Below are positions 26,701-35,802 of a DNA stretch of 64,000 bases, one piece after another. Source of the DNA: Nemertoderma westbladi (lineage: Eukaryota; Animalia; Xenacoelomorpha); contig JAUCBJ010009116.1 of NCBI GenBank assembly GCA_032718475.1, positions 62,001-126,000 on the forward strand. Direction: 5' to 3'. Made by a program: the position numbers and the translations under genes. The notes under the pieces were generated by a model. The model was not told the origin of the DNA. It searched no databases and saw nothing but the letters and a program-made list of their open reading frames with translations. Numbering within the stretch: position 1 is the first letter of the stretch; every line of letters begins with the position of its first letter.

Positions 26701-29700
26701 GTAGTATTTATTGCAAAAATATACGGAAGCCCATAGCGGCCAGGACTCAAACATTAATGTGGGACACAAACATTAATGAGGGACACATTAATGAGGGACA
26801 CAAACATTAATGAGGGTCATAAACATTAATGGGGGACACAAACATTAATGAGGGACACAAACATTAATGAGGGACACAAACATTAATCAGGGACACACAT
26901 TAATAAGGGGTACAAACATTAATGAGGGACACAAACATTAATGAGGGACACAAACATTAATCAGGGACACACATTAATAAGGTACACAAACATTAATGAG
27001 GGACACAAACATTAATCAGGGACACACATTAATAAGGGGTACAAACATTAATGAGGGACACAAACATTAATGAGGGACACAAACATTACTCAGGGACACA
27101 CATTAATAAGGTACACAAACATTAATGAGGGACACAAACATTAATGATGGACACAAACATTAATGAGGGACACAAACATTAATTAGGGACACAAACATTA
27201 ATTAGGGACACAAACATTAATTAGGGCACAAACATTAATTAGGGACACAAACATTAATTAGGGATACAAACATTAATAAGGTACACAAACATTAATGAGG
27301 GACACAAACATTAATGAGGGACACAAACATTAATGAGGGACACATATTAATGAGGGACACAAACATTAATGAGGGACACACATTAATGAGGGACACAAAC
27401 GTTAATGAGGGACACAAACATTAATGAGGGACACAATCATTAATGAGGGACACAAACATTAATGAGTGACACAAACATTATTGGGGGACACAAACATTAA
27501 TGAGGGACACAAACATTAATGAGGGACACACATTAATGAGGGACACAAACATTAATGAGGTACACAAACATTAATGAGTGACACCTTAATAATTTGTCTG
27601 CCTAGGGGCCACACATATGCTTACAAACCCTTACTCATATATTTACTTAAAGTATAAAAACCTTTCAAATCACACATACAGACATATGCTTACAAGTTTA
27701 CAAGTTCCATCACAGAAACTTATACCACAAATGCATCAAAACTATTTCTACCTCACCTGATTTATATTGAACTAGAAAGCCTGTGGCCCTTCGGGCCACA
27801 GCTTTCTAGTGCACGTCAGATGATATATGAATGGATCTAGGACACTTCCCCCCCGGACACTTCCCCCCCGCCCAAGTAGGACACTTCCCCCCCGGACACT
27901 TCCCCCCCGGACACTTGCCCCCCGGACACTTCCCCCCCAGTTAAAGTGTTAAAATTAATCTGGGTGCATCAAAGCAATAAACAAAAGTTAAAGATGGTTA
28001 CAGGACAAGTTGTATCTAGACAAGTTTTTTCAAAATTATAAAAGAAACATTTTTATAGTCAAATTTTGTTTGTTTTTCTTTTAATTCCTTTAATTCTTTT
28101 AATTTATTTTAATTGGGGGCTGCCGCCCCCAAACCCTCGCATCTTTTCTTGGGGGTTATCGCCCCCAGACCCCGGCATTTCCCTGAGTGCCCGTTGAAAT
28201 AATTAATTCATGTTTGTATCATCAGATAATAAATTGACTAAGCCTAAAGTAGGAGCTGTATTGAATGTTAACCAATTTAATATATAAATTACTACAATAT
28301 TATATAATTCAACAAAATCCTATTAAAAATATTGCAAGTAACCAGGAAATTTAATATGTAGTGTGTATAATATCTATATAGTATGTATAGTATGTATAGT
28401 AGTAATATATATATCAATATGTAATGCTGAACACAGAATACAGGTCGACGCATGTCGATTTTACCCTGGAGAGGTGTAATTTTAATTGCAACAATAATAT
28501 TCATCCCCATCTGCTACAATTTGAAGAAGACTATTACATAATAATACCTATAATTAAAACAATTAATTATTATGATTCTATAGTTAATAAAAACAGTATA
28601 TCATTCCGGGGATGGAATTTATAGGTCATCTAATATAATTAATTGTTTAAAGATTAGCAAACAATACGATGTAATTGCATTGATAAAACCCATAAATAAA
28701 ACTTGGATATAAAATGTAAAATCGGGATGCAAAAGATCACTTTCTGAGCTACGAAAGGAAAATTGGATACAACTTATCTGGATACAAGCGGTCCGTTTAC
28801 CTTACAAAATGAAAAATACGAATGTGCGAAGTTAAGATCAGTCGGGGGGGAAGTGTCCGCGGGGGGGAAGTGTCTGGGGGGGAAGTGTCCGGGGGGGAAG
28901 TGTCCTACTTGAGCGGGGGGGAACTGTCCGGGGGGGAAGTGTCCGGGGGGGAAGTGTCCGAACACCATATGAATATGTGCGGGATGTGAGGGAATATCCC
29001 TCATTAATGTTTGTGTCCCTCATTAATGTTTGTGTCCCTCATTAATGTTTGTGTCCCTCATTAATGTTTGTCTCCCTCATTAATGTTTGTGTCCCCCAAT
29101 AATGTTTGTGTCCCTCATTAATGTTTGTGTCCCTCATTAATGTGCCCCTCATTAATGTTTGTGTCCCACATTAATGTTTGTGTCCCTCATTAATGTGTGT
29201 CCCTCATTAATGTGTGTCCCTCATTAATGTTTGTGTCCCTCATTAATGTTTGTCTCCCTCATTAATGTTTGTGTCCCTCATTAATGTTTGTGTCCCTCAT
29301 TAATGTTTGTCTCCCTCATTAATGTTTGTGTCCCTCATTAATGTGTGTCCCTCATTAATGTGTGTCCCACATTAATGTTTGTGTCCCCCATTAATGTTTG
29401 TGTCCCTCATTAATGTTTGTGTCCCTCATTAATGTTTGTGTCCCCCATTAATGTTTGTTTCCCTCATTAATGTGCCCCTCATTAATGTTTGTGTCCCACA
29501 TTAATGTTTGTGTCCCTCATTAATGTGTGTCCCTCATTAATGTGTGTCCCACATTAATGTTTGTGTCCCCCATTAATGTTTGTATCCCTCATTAATGTTT
29601 GTGTCCATCATTAATGTGCCCCTCATTAATGTTTGTGTCCCACATTAATGTTTGAGTCCTGGCCGCTATGGGCTCCCGTAAAAATAAGAACGAATTTGTC

Positions 29701-32200
29701 TTATCACTTCTTGTGCGCGATTGTATTGAATTCATGACAACTGCTGTTATTATTATTAATCAATTGACACCTCGACTCCTCTCTGAGACTCCGACTACTC
29801 TATCCGATAGAATAAAATAGTCATTTCGCTAACTGCTCTCTATCTTCTATAATCACAACAGCTTTTATAATTCATTAGATGATTACAACATAATAATTAT
29901 AGTTTGAAGTTGTCTAGAAAATTTATCGTACACCACCGGGACTAACCTCACACTAATCCCTTTCTAGTCAATAAATAAAAATATGTCATCATTATTGTAT
30001 TATGGGAGATTATGGGAAATAACACCGATATCAATTACGTCGTCTCTAATCAATATTATAAATGTTTTTATTCTGTTTTTTTTGCAAACAATACTGTCGT
30101 GTGCTCATTATAGTAAGTTGCATGCTCATTGCTCATTATAGTAAGTTGCGTGCTCAAAATAGTAAGTTGGGTGCTCATTATAGTAAGTTGCATGCTCATT
30201 GCTCATTATAGTAAGTTGCGTGCTCAAAATAGTAAGTTGCGTGCTCATTATAGTAAGTTTGTGTAGACTAACAAAAAATGGATCCGGGTCTCGCAACTAA
30301 TTTACCTAATTTTTCTTTCTTTTTTTAACAGGTACTAGAAAGGTGTCGATAACATCAGCGGATATCCGAAATTACATGAAGAATGTTCGCCAAGCGAAAC
30401 AGCGCCAGTCAATGCAGTTGGCGCTGGATCAGGCGGCTCAACAAGAGCGACAGGACCACTTTATGGCTATGCCGGCTTGCAAGTTTCCTGTCGCCGTATT
30501 GTGTTGTGTTATGAATGTAATAGTCCCAGGGTTGGGTAAGTACTGAATGTAACAGGTTGTTACTAGTTGAACTTCTGTTTTATTGTGTACGTCTACTCGA
30601 AATTATCTAATATTTCAGGCAAGAAGTACCTCCCTAAAGCCCTGTTCACATCCAACGGTGCGTGAGCGGTAAAGTAGTCTAGCGGTATTGAAGCGGTAAG
30701 CCAGCGGTACACTACCCAGAGCCCGTTCACACCCAACGGTACCGTTGCGGTAACTGATTGTTTATCTGTCGACTGTGTCGATTACATTAATTGTTTTAAC
30801 ATTGTTTAAATGGGCTGCGGTAAACCGCGCGGTTTAGCGTACAACTACGTACCTGTTGGGTCGTTCACAGTCAGCGGTGTACCGTTCCGTTGGATGTGAA
30901 CGGGCCTTTAAGGAAGGATGAATTGATGAGTTGACGTAATGAATATAAATTTATAGTTTTAATTTAGTTTCTTATCAATTTAAGGAAAGGAATAGGTATC
31001 AGTGACAGGCTATTCTAACTAAAAGCAGGAGTCAATAACACAGGAGAACATGTTCCTTCTTATCTTATTTAATAAATCTAATAAAGTTTCACTCCAATTT
31101 AAAATATGATGACTCATTGGGTATTTTTTTCTAACAATTTAACATTACCACTGTGATGTAGACGTTACAACTCTAGACAAGTGACTTTACACGTCCGGGG
31201 GGGCCTTCGCGCAGCAAAAATTAGCAAAAATTTAGGTCATGAATCGGTATTAATCATAAAATACATTTTAATATGAATAAATTTTTCAGGAACTGTAGTA
31301 TCTGGTTTCACCCTTCTCTGTGGATCCAGTGGTAATAAAAAGAAATACGACCACGCTATGAAGCAAGTGCTGGCCAACGTGTTTATAGGTCTCAGTATGT
31401 TCTTTACAGTAACGTTCTTCTTGGTTGGCTGGATATGGAGCATCGTATGGGGATACCAATTGGTATCATTCGCCAGTAAGTATTTATTTATATTGGATAC
31501 CAATTGGTATCATTCGCCAGTAAGTGTTTATTTATATTGGATACCAATTGGTATCATTCGCCAGTAAGTATTTATTTATATTGGATACCAATTGGTATCA
31601 TTCGCCAGTAAGTATTTATTTATATTGGATACCAATTGGTATCATTCGCCAGTAAGTGTTTATTTATATTGGATACCAATTGGTATCATTCGCCAGTAAG
31701 TGTTTATTTATATTGGATACCAATTGGTATCATTCGCCAGTAAGTGTTTATTTATATTGGATACCAATTGGTATCATTCGCCAGTAAGTGTTTATTTATA
31801 TTGGATACCAATTGGTATCATTCGCCAGTAAGTGTTTATTTATTTATATTGGATACCAATTACCTAAATTCCTAAATTTGTACACTACCCGGTTAAAAAG
31901 TACGCATGTGATGGGATTAGTCCTACAATTGCGCCAATAAAAGATAAGTTATTTTCGGTAAAATAAACTTATCATTCGAGGTTAAGACCCCTAGATCCCT
32001 TCCTATAATAAATGCATAAGAAACATGTAAGAAATGTGATTAAATTGACATGGAAAGGAGTCAATGCAAACAGAATGGAAAAGGGGCTAGTTTTATACTT
32101 AGTGCAATAACAATTAATGAATCGCCCCATTTTTATTTCATTTACAGAAGAACACCAGAAAATTGAGGATAGAAAACAGTTAAAGAATCTACTTGCTTGA
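17604..32200 (+). CDS. stum: Protein stum homolog / SPEC3-family small membrane protein (~238 aa). Exons: 17604-17761, 20330-20409, 23995-24030, 30332-30535, 31290-31475, 32148-32200
   Basis: The C-terminal domain (AMPACKFPVAVLCCVMNVIVPGLGTVVSG...NVFIGLSMFFTVTFFLVGWIWSIVWG) matches the stum/SPEC3 signature. Exon lengths sum to 717 nt with consistent phases (2,1,1,1,1), GT-AG introns and TGA at 32198-32200. Exons 1-3 are inferred from splice signals and phase only. Confidence 0.8.
17711..19995. repeat. 59-bp (variant 73-bp) tandem array (~36 units) made from the stum exon 1 splice-donor junction
   Basis: The unit is TACAGGGGGAACCTTACAGGCCAATGGGATGAGTGTAACTGGTGATAGAAA|gtaagtgt. The first unit is the 3' end of exon 1. 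The longer variants carry a 14-bp internal duplication, tgggaaccttacag. Confidence 0.96.
20003..20347. repeat. 46-bp tandem array (7 acceptors) made from the stum exon 2 splice-acceptor junction
   Basis: The unit is tttaccatatatatttatttccctacag|ACGCAGCAGTGTGGGACC. AGs end at 20050, 20096, 20142, 20188, 20234, 20280 and 20329. Confidence 0.93.
20330..20409 (+). CDS. stum: stum-like exon 2
   Basis: ctacag|A CGC AGC AGT...TCA TCA G|gtatt; encodes RSSVGPNVVISEANDIDGRKASTYSS; 80 nt, supplying the phase 2->1 change needed to join exon 1 to the downstream exons. Confidence 0.72.
20421..22182. repeat. AT-rich minisatellite (~26-bp units, tattatatgacattattttatt-like)
   Basis: gac/tac anchors at ~26-bp spacing (e.g. 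20609, 20635, 20661). It resumes at 23640-23888 after the LINE fragment. Confidence 0.92.
22183..23640 (+). mobile_element. CRE-like non-LTR retrotransposon fragment (RT C-terminus, CCHC zinc finger, restriction-like endonuclease), degenerate
   Basis: Motifs GYNPEPAKS, GGFIG, YPQSA, LPARHGGIGI, LSAEEFKDNLALRYG, HALSCNSGGLVVKRHDEV, RADLVARGFW...FDV, KKRHY and FTPVVVSTDG. It has frameshifts and an internal 63-bp duplication. Confidence 0.8.
23640..23888. repeat. Continuation of the AT-rich minisatellite
   Basis: Same units as 20421-22182. Confidence 0.9.
23995..24030 (+). CDS. stum: stum-like exon 3 (36-nt symmetric microexon, possibly optional)
   Basis: Pyrimidine tract...ttccag|GT AGT AGC GGT AGA GTC AGC GTG TCT GAT AGT GCC A|gtatga; phase 1-1. 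Confidence 0.55.
24311..24520. repeat. 7/14-bp microsatellite (gctactg/actactg)n
   Basis: Directly visible. Confidence 0.95.
25240..25840. repeat. ~68-bp tandem repeat (~9 units)
   Basis: gagggaaaggagcaggttacagagacgggattttctaaccaaaacaataaacg recurs, e.g. caataaacga at 25381 and 25449. Confidence 0.92.
26722..29680. mobile_element. Non-autonomous foldback-type DNA transposon with TACGG...CCGTA ends and a 6-bp TSD (IS3EU-like); arms made of inverted 19-bp minisatellite
   Basis: TIR TACGG(A/G)AGCCCATAGCGGCCAGGACTCAAACATTAATG at both ends; aaaata on both flanks (26716-26721, 29681-29686). (cattaatgagggacacaaa)n at 26748-27582 and its reverse complement at 28997-29654. Confidence 0.85.
27833..28966. 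mobile_element. Non-autonomous Mutator-like element with C/G-run tandem-repeat TIRs (copy A), nested in the IS3EU-like element
   Basis: GGATCTAGGACAC...GTGTCCGAACACC ends; (ggacacttccccccc)n arms inverted at the two ends; 8-bp TSD atatgaat; near-identical to 34201-35418. Confidence 0.88.
30100..30259. repeat. 21-bp tandem repeat (~7 units) just upstream of stum exon 4
   Basis: gtgctcattatagtaagttgc repeated. Confidence 0.9.
30332..30535 (+). CDS. stum: stum-like exon 4
   Basis: ttttttaacag|GT ACT AGA...GGG TTG G|gtaag; ends AMPACKFPVAVLCCVMNVIVPGL; 204 nt. Confidence 0.9.
30637..30908. mobile_element. ~270-bp MITE
   Basis: TIRs aagccctgttcacatccaacgg / ccgttggatgtgaacgggcctt, flanked by TA on both sides; internal TIR-like subrepeats. 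Confidence 0.8.
31290..31475 (+). CDS. stum: stum-like exon 5
   Basis: tttttcag|GA ACT GTA...; encodes TVVSGFTLLC...VGWIWSIVWGYQLVSFA, then a|gtaagt; 186 nt. Confidence 0.92.
31451..31861. repeat. 44-bp tandem array (9 donors) made from the stum exon 5 splice-donor junction
   Basis: The unit is GGATACCAATTGGTATCATTCGCCA|gtaagt(a/g)tttatttatatt. GT at 31476, 31520, 31564 ... 31828. Confidence 0.96.
32148..32200 (+). CDS. stum: stum-like last coding exon
   Basis: tttcatttacag|AA GAA CAC...CTT GCT TGA; encodes KEHQKIEDRKQLKNLLA*. Confidence 0.8.
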
Positions 32201-32429
32201 TTGAGAAGACTTTAAGTTTGGTGGATAAATAGATATTAATTACCAGAAACATTAATGAAATGGATTTATAACATAGTATATATTTTCAGCCAGTTTATGC
32301 GATATTCCTGGGGTTAATTTATTTATAAACTTTGCCCTCCAACTGTTATGCAGCCCGGGTTCGTTACATGTATAATTCATTACCTATTTATATTATTTTA
32401 TTGAATAGGAAAAACTTTTAGGCTCGTTA

Positions 32430-32790
32430 AGCCAAGGAATGCCTGTTCACCACCATGGGTGATCTTCCACAGTAAACCCTTCCACTCTGTTTCCTAAAGG
32501 AATGCCTGTTCACCACCGTGGGTGATCTTCCACAGTAAACCTTTCCACTCTGTTTCCTAAAGGAATGCCTGTTCACCACCGTGGGTGATCTTCCACAGTA
32601 AACCTTTCCACTCTGTTTCCCAAGTTGCCTTGGTTCCCATTTATCGACCACTGAAGAATGAAAGCCGGGGTTGGGCTAGGCTGCAGCATTTAAAGCACTG
32701 TTGCCCAAACAGTGCTGCCCCATCTAGGGATCGAACCAGGGCTCCCTAATTGGAAGCCCAGGAATTTCACCACTAGACCAAGCTGCTGCC
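32430..32790 (-). mobile_element. tRNA-derived SINE with a triplicated 63-bp 3' segment
   Basis: On the minus strand: A-box TGGTCTAGTGG and B-box GGTTCGATCC in a tRNA-like head (32717-32790), then a non-tRNA body and three 63-bp repeats (32434-32620). Confidence 0.75.
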
Positions 32791-33029
32791 TCATTGCAAT
32801 ATTATTTTATTTGTCTACTAGTAAAATAACATGTCATTATTCCATTAAAATAATGTAAATAATTATTATCCTACTTGGTAAAATAATTGTTAAATAAAAT
32901 GATATAAATGGTTTATTCTGGTTCATTTGTTACGGCCATTTCAATTTGTATGAGGAAGAAAGATATACACCATGTCCTGGAATATGGTGTCGTTTCACCT
33001 CTCACCTCGTTGCTGGCTGAGCCTGAATT

Positions 33030-34040
33030 TTTATTTTTGCTTTCAATATTATAAGAATATTATAATGTTATTTACTATATAAGAAAGAACTAAGAAAAAA
33101 AAAACCAGATGAACTTGCCAACAAAGCCAAAAAAACAAAAACAAAAATATAAACAAAGATATAAACGAATCGCCCAAATGACAGTAAGGTATAATTGATA
33201 CATAACCACATTATAAATTACATACATACCTAAAAGTATATATATATACGGAGATTGACAATAGACAAGGTGTGTATAACAAAAACAGTACGGTTCAATA
33301 AAGCAAGACTGCTAAATAACAAAATAGTTTGTGAATGAAGGCCCAGATTAAATCAATGTTGAAACTTTGTTATATTAAATTAATAGATTGTGCGAAGGAG
33401 ATAGTTAGTACTTGTTTTTAGTTAATTTATTAGTACCCTTAACAGATTCTAACGGTTTTGAGAATATAGGTAAAACGATTTTAATTTTTTCAAAAAAACA
33501 GATTTATTAGGTATACGTCGAATTTCTGGGTCTAAGGTATTCCACAGTTTGGGACCTTGCATTGCTAACGATTGGTGCGCTATATTTAGTCTTACCCTTG
33601 GGAAATGAAAGCCTCCCGCTGCTGCAGCTCTTGTGTTATATGAGTGATGTGTTGAAAGTTTAGTAAATAATTGTGATAAGGGCGAGGATAAATCTCGGCT
33701 AACGTCGTACATAATGCTGCAAACTTGATATTTATATAAATTTTCAACTGGCAATATATTTAGCTTTCGATACAATGGGAGGGATGACTCTTGGAAGTGG
33801 CTAAACGTCATAACCCTTAAAATTTTATTTATTTTAATTCTAACAGGTTTAATTATAGAAGAATAAGTACTTCCCCATACAATTAACCCATATTGCACAT
33901 AGGGGTAAATTAGTGAAAAAAAAAAGCGTACGTAAAATATGTAACGGGAAAATATGACGTAAGCGATAAAAAAGTCCAGCAGATTTTGAGATTTTTTTAA
34001 GAATATATTTGATATGATATCTGAAATTTAGATTATTATC
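33030..34040 (-). mobile_element. CR1/L2-group (Crack/Daphne-like) LINE 3' fragment
   Basis: ORF 33449..33898 has YGLIVWGSTY, HSYNTR, GPKLWNTL and FLKKLKSFYL, followed by an AT-rich 3' UTR. It is 5'-truncated. Confidence 0.8.
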
Positions 34041-34200
34041 AATTTTTCCAAAATATGTTCTGGAATAAAAAATATTTGTAACTAAGGGTTCATTTTTTCA
34101 AAATAAATAGTTAGTATATTCTAGAACGATTTCTATACAAAAAGCAACAAGTACTAACTAGCTATAATAATAAAATTGGAGAGGAAAATATAAAATTGTG

Positions 34201-35418
34201 GGATCTAGGACACTCCCCCCCGGACACTTGCCCCCCGGACACTTCCCCCCCGGACACTTCCCCCGGACACTTCCCCCCCCGGACACTTCCCCCCGGACAC
34301 TTCCCCCCCGGACACTTGCCCCCCGGACACTTCCCCCCCAGTTAAAGCGTTAAAATTAATCTGGGTGCATCAAAGCAATAAACAAAAGTTAAAGATGGTT
34401 ATAGAACAAGTTGTATCTAGACAAGTTTTTTCAAAATTATAAAAGAATCATTTTTATAGTCAAATTTTGTTTGATTTTCTTTTAATTCCTTTAATTATTT
34501 TAATTTCTTTTAATTGGGGGCTGCCGCCCCCAAACCCCCGCTTCTTTTCTTGGGGGCTACCGCCCCCAAACCCCCGCTTCTTTTCTTGGGGGCTGCCGCC
34601 CCCAAACCCCGGTACTTCCCTGAGTGCCCGTGGTGAAAGACTTAAGACCACTTTGAAATAATTAATTCATGTTTGTATCATCAGATAATAAATTGACTAA
34701 GCCTAAAGTAGGAGCTGTATTGAATGTTAACCAATTTAATATATAAATTACTACAATATTATATAATTCAACAAAATCCTATTAAAAATATTGCAAGTAA
34801 CCAGGAAATTTAATATGTAGTGTGTATAATATCTATATAGTATGTATAGTAGTAATATATATATATCAAGATGTAATGCTGAACACAGAATACAGGTCGA
34901 CGCATGTCGATTTTACCCTGAGAGATTTTACCCTTTCATCCCCATCTGCTACAATTTGAAGAAGACTATTACATAATAATACCTATAATTAAAACAATTA
35001 ATTATTATAATTCTATAGTTAATAAAAACAGTATATCATTCCGGGGATGGAATTTATAGGTCATCTAATATAATTAAATGTTTAAAGATTAGCAAACAAT
35101 ACGATGTAATTGCATTGATAAAACCCATAAATAAAACTTGGATATAAAATGTAAAATCGGGATGCAAAAGATCACTTTCTGAGCTACGAAAGGAAAATTG
35201 GATACAACTTATCTGGATACAAACGGTCCGTTTACCTTACAAAATGAAAAATACGAATGTGCGAAGTTAAGAGCAGTTGGGGGGGAAGTGTCCGCGGGGG
35301 GGAAGTGTCTGGGGGGGAAGTGTCCGGGGGGGAAGTGTCCTACTTGAGCGGGGGGGGGAACTGTCCGGGGGGGAAGTGTCCTGGGGGGAAGTGTCCTGGG
35401 GGGAAGTGTCCGAACACC
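34201..35418. mobile_element. Non-autonomous Mutator-like element (copy B)
   Basis: Same ends and internal sequence as 27833-28966; 9-bp TSD aaaattgtg (34192-34200, 35419-35427). Confidence 0.9.
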
Positions 35419-35802
35419 AAAATTGTGGTTTAGGGTTCGCTTCGCTTAGCGTTCAGCAAATAAACTTTGTATAACAACAACAACAACAGTTTATTTGCTT
35501 CAGGTTGATATATCGTATATCACTCCTAGAACAGGTGATATTCTCTGTATAATAATAATACAAGATTTAATTCGTGATTACATAAATTTTATTGATTTAG
35601 CATTTTTGGAAGATATTTGTCCTCAAATCTGGATAGTAAGGCCTTTATTATCTGGACTTTTGCTGAAAAAAGGGGATATTTTAAAGAAACCTTAAAATGT
35701 AATATTATTATATCTAAATTATTACACAATAATCTTGTATCTATAGACAATACTACTAGGCACCATGTTGTTCAATATATTGTCTTTATTTTGTAATTTT
35801 AC

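Larger units (their letters stand above)
24310..26702 (+). mobile_element. Putative non-autonomous Helitron/Helentron-like element carrying a microsatellite and an internal minisatellite
   Basis: (gctactgactactg)n at 24311-24520, an atgaaattttgcatg motif, a ~68-bp array at 25240-25840, and a 3' hairpin gctgc-aat-gcagc followed by CTAGT at ~26676-26702. The boundaries are inferred. Confidence 0.4.

Noticed and set aside
32717-32790. Functional tRNA-Gly gene
   Set aside because: The stems pair imperfectly, there is no oligo-T terminator, and the sequence continues into a SINE-like body.
28774-35474. Short GHFPP / GGGSPQ repeat ORFs
   Set aside because: These are translations of transposon terminal and internal repeats.
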